Of a DNA stretch of 26,854 nucleotides, positions 1 through 7,046 are shown piece by piece. The notes beneath the pieces are model-generated. The model searched no databases. It had not been told where the DNA came from and was given only the letters and a program-made list of their open reading frames with translations. The stretch's first letter is position 1; each line of letters opens with the position of its first letter. The position numbers and the translations under genes were made by a program. The DNA is from a virus (lineage: Duplodnaviria; Caudoviricetes): positions 1 through 26,854 of the IMG/VR virus record IMGVR_UViG_3300006105_000094. One strand, written 5' to 3'.

Positions 1-237
1 CTGTACTGATCCGGAGCAAAAAAGCCTGCCCATTTGTTCAACTTGACTAGACTTGTATATATTGGTGCCACCAAAATTAAGAAAAGCACCAGGAGTAGTG
101 GCTGTAGGAATATCCGTAGGCCCAGATATAATTTGAACATTGTGTCCTGCCTTTCGTAAGAGATTAGGTACATGGCGTTTCCATTCGCCAGTGTACCTTG
201 TCTCAACAGCTTCTAGATCAATTAGAAATACGTTCAT
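1..237 (-). CDS. Putative glycosyltransferase (GT-B type), N-terminal part; runs off the window's left edge
   Basis: Not in the ORF track. Manual translation from ATG at 237 is open to base 1: MNVFLIDLEAVETRYTGEWKRHVPNLLRKAGHNVQIISGPTDIPTATTPGAFLNFGGTNIYKSSQVEQMGRLFCSGSVQ. It has an N-terminal beta-strand and 'LRKAGHNVQII', the typical GT-B 'L..GHxV.v' element. Confidence 0.6.
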   Translation of the reverse strand, partial: MNVFLIDLEAVETRYTGEWKRHVPNLLRKAGHNVQIISGPTDIPTATTPGAFLNFGGTNIYKSSQVEQMGRLFCSGSVQ

Positions 238-475
238 TGTAAGGACGTGGATTTTTGCCTAAGTAAGGCTTGCGTTCGCCTGTAAATGGCTTCTTAGGAC
301 GGCGTGTTTTATCAAAGTTACGCCACTGCCAACTTTCTCTGTTGTAGAGGTGAGCTTCATTAAACTCACAAAGTTCTAACCGGCACCAGTTATGAAATGC
401 CTCTAAGTCGTCGAATAATTTAACAACATCTGGACGGTTCTCGAAATAAGAATAATCCTTGTAGTTCTTAGCCAT
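218..475 (-). CDS. Hypothetical protein (85 aa, basic C-terminus)
   Basis: Intact ORF, AAGGAAAG SD-like sequence upstream, overlaps the downstream gene start, in operon orientation. Confidence 0.7.
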   Translation of the reverse strand: MAKNYKDYSYFENRPDVVKLFDDLEAFHNWCRLELCEFNEAHLYNRESWQWRNFDKTRRPKKPFTGERKPYLGKNPRPYNERISN

Positions 476-486
476 TATAGCTTTCC

Positions 487-882
487 TTAATATTTAATAA
501 ATGAACCATTTTCTCCATCTTCGGAGACCTCAATCCAAACCTCACGGTCGGGATACTTTTGTGAAATAATGTCGTACAAATCGTCTGACATCATCTCGCA
601 ACTTTTATAATCTAATTTTAAAACGGCACCGTCACCTGAATACAACGCTTCGAGCCATCGTTTGAATTGGATGAATTCAATGTCTCTGTCATTGTGTGAC
701 ACGCCAATCCACACCCGGAAATGGAAAATGTGACGGTGAGGAGTAGCAAGAAACGATACGTCATACATATCTCCTGTAGCTAAGTTTGGATCTGTTGCAG
801 CCGCTGGATAGCAATGAATGCCTTCCTTCTGGAAGGTAACCCAGATCATTTTGTTTGGTCTAATGTCTTGTTTAATTATCAT
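487..882 (-). CDS. dpdL: QueD/6-pyruvoyl-tetrahydropterin-synthase-like T-fold protein, QueD-paralog (DpdL-like) type
   Basis: Has EGIHxY, LATPHRHIFHF (LxxxHRHxF instead of the QueD CxxxHGH), SCE and a C-terminal EVSEDGENG. Start reassigned to ATG 882, which overlaps the upstream TGA (ATGA coupling). The dpdL assignment rests on my recollection of the published motif. Confidence 0.65.
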   Translation of the reverse strand: MIIKQDIRPNKMIWVTFQKEGIHCYPAAATDPNLATGDMYDVSFLATPHRHIFHFRVWIGVSHNDRDIEFIQFKRWLEALYSGDGAVLKLDYKSCEMMSDDLYDIISQKYPDREVWIEVSEDGENGSFIKY

Positions 883-1418
883 GTTGGTGTATCTTGTGTG
901 TACTGATCCCAATGAGTATACTTGTCTTTACTCATTAAGCTCTGTAAGTGATGTGTCCACACACCTGGATTTGTAGCACCCCAAGTTCGGTCATCCAGTT
1001 TAAGTGTGGCGTTATAGTTGAGTTGATTAATGTAAGGTAACTTAACACTAATCATAGGGACAAAGCGAGGATATTCGTTATAGGCAGACTCTAGTACACC
1101 TTCGATATGTTCAACACCGAAGTCTAGTGACACCCAATAGCCTGCTTTTAGACAACCTATGATAACATCATCCCACGCTTTATATTCTTCGTGACTAATT
1201 GATTTAGGATTAAAACTTTGACTAGTGCCAAAATAAATGTGTTTAATACGTTTAGACTCATCCAGGTATGCCTGTGTGTCATCTGCCTTACGTAGTATTT
1301 CTTCGAGAGGAGGAGTACCTACAACAAACAATGTAAACATACCGTGACAAATAGTATGCTCGACTTCGTAACCTGTAAAGTAGACAATGTCTTGTCTTTC
1401 TTCAGTGTTTAATCCCAT
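879..1418 (-). CDS. Conserved hypothetical protein within the DNA-modification cluster
   Basis: 179-aa globular ORF (GxEVEHT, TLFVVG, HIYFG, TLKLDD, NPGVW), overlapping both neighbours. Confidence 0.75.
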   Translation of the reverse strand: MGLNTEERQDIVYFTGYEVEHTICHGMFTLFVVGTPPLEEILRKADDTQAYLDESKRIKHIYFGTSQSFNPKSISHEEYKAWDDVIIGCLKAGYWVSLDFGVEHIEGVLESAYNEYPRFVPMISVKLPYINQLNYNATLKLDDRTWGATNPGVWTHHLQSLMSKDKYTHWDQYTQDTPT

Positions 1419-2314
1419 TTAATATAACCTCTGCTATAACCACTCGGACGATTAACGCCGTCCGCAAATGCTTGTTCCCACTCTGTGCTTCTATTATACT
1501 CTCTAGTCCAAAAAGAATCAACCTCTAAGTAACCGTTTTCAATAAAGTACTTTGCCATTCGCATACAATCAATAAAAGCAGGATTTCGGGGACTTGGTTT
1601 AATAGTAGTAACAGCTTTCCAAAGTTGACTTTGTGCTTCTTGTTTGGAAACAGCTTTACCAACCCCGTCGATAATTAAAGCATTGTTATTTAGGTTAATT
1701 TGTGTGCCTAGTTCATAATTTCCACTAAGGTCTACAATAACATCGTAATTTTCAATAGTGCTGGATAGTAATTTGTCGCCCCATAGTTCTTTATTACTGT
1801 GTCCTAATACATCTACGTGATAGATATATCCATTAAGACGCATAGTATGATAGGCAACCCAAGCAAGGAATCCACTACCAATAATCAACATACGGGTGTT
1901 TTCATTGCGACCTTGTCTATCTAACAATTGATCCTTAGCTTGATTAATTAAATTCATACCACAAGCTACTGGTTCTAAGATATACTTTGGGCTAGCTTCA
2001 GGAACTACTACAAATTCTTCAATTTTAGTATTATAATAATCAGCATAAGCCGGCTCGCCTCGCGTTGCTACAATATCACCAACCATAACTTTGGCAACAC
2101 CCATTCCAACTTTAGTTACAATACCTAAACCTTCGTGTCCTTGCATGTGTAATGGTAACGGACCAAAGTCGCCCATCATCATATCAATATCACTACGACA
2201 AACACCTGTCATCAAAGCCTTAACTTCAATTTCGTATTGACCAGGTTCTGGTTTATCGTATTCTACTTCTTCGAAATAACCTTGTCCGGTTGTTTGTAGG
2301 CAGTTAACAATCAT
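1409..2314 (-). CDS. Zn-dependent medium-chain alcohol/sugar dehydrogenase (MDR, GroES-like plus Rossmann)
   Basis: GVCRSD and GHEGLG catalytic-Zn motifs, LEP, Rossmann IIGSGFLA. The 4-Cys structural Zn lobe is absent. Start reassigned to ATG 2314 (ATGA overlap with the upstream stop). Confidence 0.85.
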   Translation of the reverse strand: MIVNCLQTTGQGYFEEVEYDKPEPGQYEIEVKALMTGVCRSDIDMMMGDFGPLPLHMQGHEGLGIVTKVGMGVAKVMVGDIVATRGEPAYADYYNTKIEEFVVVPEASPKYILEPVACGMNLINQAKDQLLDRQGRNENTRMLIIGSGFLAWVAYHTMRLNGYIYHVDVLGHSNKELWGDKLLSSTIENYDVIVDLSGNYELGTQINLNNNALIIDGVGKAVSKQEAQSQLWKAVTTIKPSPRNPAFIDCMRMAKYFIENGYLEVDSFWTREYNRSTEWEQAFADGVNRPSGYSRGYIKWD

Positions 2315-3201
2315 AATGTTTCTATCTGTTGATGGATCCAAAGATCCTGGGTTAATTGTTTCTTCCAAAATATTGCTTCGTGCTGACTTAATACAGCATC
2401 TTGTATCATAGTTTGATATGCGTCTTCTGGGCAAAGTCCTAGTTCTACTCGAACTTGACTATCATCTGGCATGGTAAAGATAATAGCACGGTCATCTTCG
2501 CCCAATGTACGCCAATTGGCATCTAATGTCCATGTTCTATTATGACATACATATTCTAAACGGCAACTATCATCTACATCATAGGTTCCGTTTAAATTTA
2601 CAGTACCATAATCTGTGTTAGACACATCTTCTAACAACCAGTTTTGCATTGCGATACTTGATATTTGACGAGATGTTTGGTAATAAGGTTCTAGTACCAT
2701 AAACAAACTTAGCAAGTGTGGCATCAAGTCTCTACTAACTCCGCCAAAGGCTAGTTTCTTTGTAGTAAACCAAGTACCAGGGTTAGGTACTCGATCTTTA
2801 TTGTGCCAGCGTATTTCTACACTTTTAGATTCTTGTGTTAATTTAACTAGATCTTTAATGTTATCACGCCATTGATTATTCTTAACCATCATGAAACGTG
2901 TATAAGGAAACGTCTTAACTAGTGTTTCCCAGATATTACTAGTACTAACACCTGGTTTTTCGATAAACACTATATTAGAACATTTGGCAACTTTTGTAGC
3001 AATATCAAAATGTGTGAAATTAGGAGTACAGATATGTACAGTATCGAACATATGGCAAGCAACAATAGCCGCATCGACTGATTCAAAGTCTGCGCCTTTA
3101 GCAGGATCCTGATCTACAGTAACAACACCGTGACCGAGGTTTTGTAATACTGTGGCATATAAATTGCCAATACCCATTCCAATAATAAGACTAGTTTTCA
3201 T
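2311..3201 (-). CDS. Gfo/Idh/MocA-family NAD(P)-dependent oxidoreductase
   Basis: IIGMGIG Rossmann start, HICTPNFTH, IEKP and GGVSRDLMPH are the hallmark motifs of the family. Confidence 0.88.
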   Translation of the reverse strand: MKTSLIIGMGIGNLYATVLQNLGHGVVTVDQDPAKGADFESVDAAIVACHMFDTVHICTPNFTHFDIATKVAKCSNIVFIEKPGVSTSNIWETLVKTFPYTRFMMVKNNQWRDNIKDLVKLTQESKSVEIRWHNKDRVPNPGTWFTTKKLAFGGVSRDLMPHLLSLFMVLEPYYQTSRQISSIAMQNWLLEDVSNTDYGTVNLNGTYDVDDSCRLEYVCHNRTWTLDANWRTLGEDDRAIIFTMPDDSQVRVELGLCPEDAYQTMIQDAVLSQHEAIFWKKQLTQDLWIHQQIETL

Positions 3202-3451
3202 TTGTAAATTTCTTTCCTTCTTCCCAGTACTTGATCATTCGTTGTACATCTTCCATACGTTCTGTGATAACTTCTGGAGCCGCACGTTCTAATTCTTTTA
3301 GATTATGATAACTAGGATAATGCCGCAAACACCAACGAGCTTTCTCACGTATTTCTTTTGGAATACGTGGAGTTTTTTGAGGATTCATTAGATCCTGTAA
3401 AAACTCCTCAGTTCGTTGTATACTTCTAAATCGTTCGTCAGGTAATGTCAT
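3191..3451 (-). CDS. Small conserved protein resembling the BPSL0761 family
   Basis: MTLPDER...EFLxDL...P.IPKEIR..AR..LRHYP pattern. Likely start is ATG 3451. Confidence 0.6.
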   Translation of the reverse strand: MTLPDERFRSIQRTEEFLQDLMNPQKTPRIPKEIREKARWCLRHYPSYHNLKELERAAPEVITERMEDVQRMIKYWEEGKKFTNEN

Positions 3452-5141
3452 GTACACTAGTCTCTAAAGCGTCTAGTTTATCGGAAACTTCATCACTAAA
3501 GTCTGGTTCTTCGTTTGATTGTACAGTCGTTGTATCCACTTCGTCAAACAAAACGGAAAATTGAGTGCTAGCATTAACCGTTTTCTTACCTGTTGCGCCA
3601 CGTGTTCCAGGAATAGCTTGCCAATATTTGTCATAAAAATCAATAATTGCTATGGCATCTTCTCTAGTATCCGCAGAAAATATAGCTTCTACTATATCTT
3701 TGAAATAAACTCTTGAAAATCTTTCGTCTACTAGCATAGCAGGACATAGTCCTGCGTCATATTGTCGATTGGCTTCTTGTACACTATTCAAATGTAACCA
3801 AACATTATGCCCCATCATGATAGCATAGGTAAAACTATCCCAACTAGTCTTACCTTCTTTGCCAATCTTATTTAGGTCTCCAGGACCGTATATACAAATT
3901 TCATTAACTTTGACACCGTCCATTAAGGGACTAGTAGTGAAAGATTCGAAATGGCCGTCTTGTACTACTACGTCTTGGAATAATCGTGTGTCGCTGGCGT
4001 ATTTTTTGTCATCAAGAGACGGCAACATACGGTAGAGCCATTTTTCTCTGTCTTTGATTTCTGTTTGGACATAGATTTGACCGTTTGCTGTTGCAAGGAA
4101 CGGTGAGGCGCAATCAAAAGAGATGGTAAAGTTTTCATTATGATGTTTCCTTATAGCACGTTGTATGTCAGTTAATAATAATGCCCACTCTAATTTAGAG
4201 GTGCCCAAGAAGTGCATCCAGTCTTGATGACCTTTTTCAAGAAGACCATCGAACTTTAGTGCCACTAATCTACGTAGTACAAGGTCAACGTCGCACATGT
4301 TTTGTCCACCCATAGCCCAGCCGTTAAATGGCTTGTCATATTTGGTAGGATCGCAAAAATCTTTCATTTGCTGATACCAATCTTCTGCTTGTGCGTGATT
4401 CTCGCCCTGTAATACATTTAAAAACTTACAAGCGCCTGTACGATGCTTAATAAAGTATTCATTATTATACTTTGTTGCCGCGACTGCTTGCGGATAATCA
4501 GCAACACCACTATTCTTAGCACCTACTGGACTGCGACCAACCCATGCTGGAATATCAAGTACCATACCATAGTCCATAAGCGTGTCCATCCATGCTAGAA
4601 CTTGCTCACGTTTCTTTTGTGCCGCATCCAACTTTGATTGATAAACTTTTACATGATCAATTTTTGTATATTTCGGATTGCCGTTCTTATCAGTTTTAGG
4701 ATGACCGGTAGGATGTAATTGAGGAATTAACTCAACACCTTTGGCTTGTGCTTCAGCCATACGTTGTGCTACTACAGGGACGTTAGGATCATTCCATTCG
4801 CCTTCCCACACACCTTTACCAATCTGGAATCCACCAGAGTCACCTAATACCCAACTAGTCGAACGGTCTCTGTTACGAAACATGTCTTCGCTCGGATCAG
4901 GTTTAGACAAATCTAAGTTAGCATGACCTGCCGAATACAAGCAATGATCATAATAAAATGCCGCATTAGGATCCAAATAGTTCATTGCTTCAATGCCTTT
5001 AGGGCCAAAGCTCTTTGGAATACGTGCTGGATCTACATAGTTACTGTAGCGTTGTTTGCCTATGTAAGTACTATAGAATCCAGATGTTGCTGGAAGAAAA
5101 TATGCGTAATCGTTTTGTGTAGCTGTTAAGTTTTTATTCAT
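3438..5141 (-). CDS. dpdA: TGT-fold guanine transglycosylase, DpdA-like (7-deazaguanine insertion into DNA)
   Basis: TGT motifs in order: GDSGGFQ, MVLDIP, LNVLQG, GWAMGG, HFLG, SFDCASP (nucleophile Asp). No CxCxxC Zn site of tRNA TGTs is evident. Lies next to the clamp/polymerase genes and a QueD paralog. Start reassigned to ATG 5141, directly after the upstream TAA. Confidence 0.8.
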   Translation of the reverse strand: MNKNLTATQNDYAYFLPATSGFYSTYIGKQRYSNYVDPARIPKSFGPKGIEAMNYLDPNAAFYYDHCLYSAGHANLDLSKPDPSEDMFRNRDRSTSWVLGDSGGFQIGKGVWEGEWNDPNVPVVAQRMAEAQAKGVELIPQLHPTGHPKTDKNGNPKYTKIDHVKVYQSKLDAAQKKREQVLAWMDTLMDYGMVLDIPAWVGRSPVGAKNSGVADYPQAVAATKYNNEYFIKHRTGACKFLNVLQGENHAQAEDWYQQMKDFCDPTKYDKPFNGWAMGGQNMCDVDLVLRRLVALKFDGLLEKGHQDWMHFLGTSKLEWALLLTDIQRAIRKHHNENFTISFDCASPFLATANGQIYVQTEIKDREKWLYRMLPSLDDKKYASDTRLFQDVVVQDGHFESFTTSPLMDGVKVNEICIYGPGDLNKIGKEGKTSWDSFTYAIMMGHNVWLHLNSVQEANRQYDAGLCPAMLVDERFSRVYFKDIVEAIFSADTREDAIAIIDFYDKYWQAIPGTRGATGKKTVNASTQFSVLFDEVDTTTVQSNEEPDFSDEVSDKLDALETSVHDIT

Positions 5142-5143
5142 TA

Positions 5144-5494
5144 TTATACCAAATGTTGGGCTAATATCATTACACTTATCCAGTACCATATGGTATTAAA
5201 ACCAACTAGTGTAGGCAAAGCCTTTTTACGACTTGCCCAAATAAGTGTAGCACTAGTAATCAATGTTAAAAAATAAAATTGCCAAATTTGAATACCAAAA
5301 ATTAGTCCGGGAACAATAATAATGGCTTTAGCCGCCCAGGAAACAAATTCAACAGTATTATAATCTGTCCAGTATTCTTTCTTAAACCACATTCCATAAC
5401 ATTCTTTAATAGCCGGCCATGTAATGTGATTATATAAAATAGCTATAGTTACAATACTAAAAATTGTTGCGTATAAAATTTGATCAAGAGTCAT
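5144..5494 (-). CDS. Small multi-pass membrane protein
   Basis: About 4 hydrophobic segments. Start reassigned to ATG 5494, 1 nt after the clamp stop. Confidence 0.7.
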   Translation of the reverse strand: MTLDQILYATIFSIVTIAILYNHITWPAIKECYGMWFKKEYWTDYNTVEFVSWAAKAIIIVPGLIFGIQIWQFYFLTLITSATLIWASRKKALPTLVGFNTIWYWISVMILAQHLV

Positions 5495-5495
5495 A

Positions 5496-6227
5496 TTATT
5501 TGCTCTGTGCTGGTAAAATATATTCGTATTCAGCAATTCCGCTATCTACAGTAATTTGTAGTGCGCCAACGTCTGCGATACGAACAGTCTTATCGCCTGT
5601 TAAATTCAAGATGCTTTGAACTTGAGTAACTGGCCATGCCCATGCTTGTTTTAGTTTGCCAGTAACTCCTGATTGGAATACAAAAGTTCCTGCGTGTGTT
5701 GTAGCATCACCAAACTTGAATACTAAGTTTCCGTTGTCTGTACTGACTTGAAAGACTTTTTCTTCTGTGTGTGCTGCACTTTGGAATTTTAATTTTTGAA
5801 TACTAGCCATAGATGGAGTAAACTCGATATCCCACTTAGTGCCTTTAAATTTAACAGACTTCATTTTTTCATTAATAATATCGCTATTCATAAAACGATA
5901 ATCATTTTCAAAGTCACCGGCACCGTTGGCAAAGTGTAATCCTGTTGGAATGTCTTCACCATTACGATTTTGTACAACAACATCGATAGTAAAGTTTTCT
6001 TTATATTCTGGACACTTCAAATGAATATCTAACTTATTTAGGTCTGGCATACCAAATGTGCCTTCTAAATTGTCGATTGGTTCCTTTGTTCTAGCGTTAA
6101 GAATAACACTACGATCTTCAGCCATTGATTCAATAGCTGTTTCTTTGTCGCTAGCACTAACTTTAACCAAAGGTAAAAATCCTAGGCTGTGTGTATGTGC
6201 TACTAAATCTTGTAAAAAGTCTTTCAT
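5496..6227 (-). CDS. Putative DNA polymerase sliding clamp (T4 gp45-like)
   Basis: About 243 aa, beta-rich two-domain pattern, C-terminal LQITVDSGIAEYEYILPA resembling the clamp terminal strand, near the polymerase. GGAG SD precedes ATG 6227. Confidence 0.65.
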   Translation of the reverse strand: MKDFLQDLVAHTHSLGFLPLVKVSASDKETAIESMAEDRSVILNARTKEPIDNLEGTFGMPDLNKLDIHLKCPEYKENFTIDVVVQNRNGEDIPTGLHFANGAGDFENDYRFMNSDIINEKMKSVKFKGTKWDIEFTPSMASIQKLKFQSAAHTEEKVFQVSTDNGNLVFKFGDATTHAGTFVFQSGVTGKLKQAWAWPVTQVQSILNLTGDKTVRIADVGALQITVDSGIAEYEYILPAQSK

Positions 6228-6247
6228 AAGTTTCTCCATGTTTGTAT

Positions 6248-6275
6248 ATTATATAGGTTTTTCTGACAATGTCAA
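6248..6275 (-). promoter_or_regulatory. Sigma70-type promoter TTGACA-N16-TATAAT for the clamp/dpdA operon
   Basis: Plus strand shows ATTATA at 6248-6253 and TGTCAA at 6270-6275. Both hexamers are perfect consensus. Confidence 0.8.
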
Positions 6276-7045
6276 GGATTTTTCCTAACCTTTTTGTTAT
6301 ATTTTACAGCTGATTCTACCAATGTATGTGATATTTGTTGTCTATCACAATAGTGTATAAAGGCGCTTGTATCTTTAGGAAAACAAGCTCCACCAAATCC
6401 TCTGCTCATATCAGGTCCTGGTACCATCATATGGCTATTACCAATACGCTCATCGTGTGTCAATACTTGTCTAACTAGACTATAATCAGCACCGTTCTTT
6501 TCGCACACATCGTACAATTGATTAAAGAATGCCACTTTGACACTTAGGAAACAATTGGTAGCATATTTGATTGTACTAGCTTCGGTAATACTAGTATTAA
6601 AAATAATACGTAGTTTAGTCAAAGAATCTTTAAAAAGAGCAGACCAAAATCCTTCTGGATCATCTCCGCCCATAACCATATATTCTTGATTGGCAAAATC
6701 TTCATTAGCTGATACAGCACGTAAAAATTCTGGACTATAACAAATACTGTGTTCTGGATATTTTTGTAATATCGTTTGTAAATAGTCTGGAGGTATAGTT
6801 GATTTAATCAGCACTGGTAAGTATACCGGTACTTGATCAAGTACGTTAATTACTTGATTAATATCGCAATCGCCTAATTGATCACTAGGCGTACCTACGC
6901 AAACAACAATACCATCTGCGTCGGCAAAGTCCATTACTTTGTAATCACCATATTTAGGATCAACAATATGAATCCTGTTTTTTTCTTGTATGGCATTGCC
7001 AACAGCCTTGCCAACAAATCCGTATCCTGCAATTATAATTTTCAT
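6272..7045 (-). CDS. ugd: UDP-glucose/GDP-mannose dehydrogenase family protein (short form)
   Basis: GYGFVG, VCVGTP, IKSTIPP, SPEFL, KYATN..L..K..F.N and catalytic GFGGACFPKD. At 257 aa it lacks the usual C-terminal domain. Confidence 0.88.
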   Translation of the reverse strand: MKIIIAGYGFVGKAVGNAIQEKNRIHIVDPKYGDYKVMDFADADGIVVCVGTPSDQLGDCDINQVINVLDQVPVYLPVLIKSTIPPDYLQTILQKYPEHSICYSPEFLRAVSANEDFANQEYMVMGGDDPEGFWSALFKDSLTKLRIIFNTSITEASTIKYATNCFLSVKVAFFNQLYDVCEKNGADYSLVRQVLTHDERIGNSHMMVPGPDMSRGFGGACFPKDTSAFIHYCDRQQISHTLVESAVKYNKKVRKNP

Positions 7046-7046
7046 A

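Noticed and set aside
2315-2434. Longer N-terminal extensions in the ORF track (also 883..912, 5142..5189, 5495..5536, 6228..6239)
   Set aside because: Most overlap upstream genes. Downstream ATGs give clean stop/start coupling or a better SD.
3438-5141. Ordinary tRNA-guanine transglycosylase (tgt)
   Set aside because: It is much longer, lacks the CxCxxC...H Zn site, and sits among DNA replication genes. A DNA-acting DpdA-type enzyme fits better, though the substrate is unproven.
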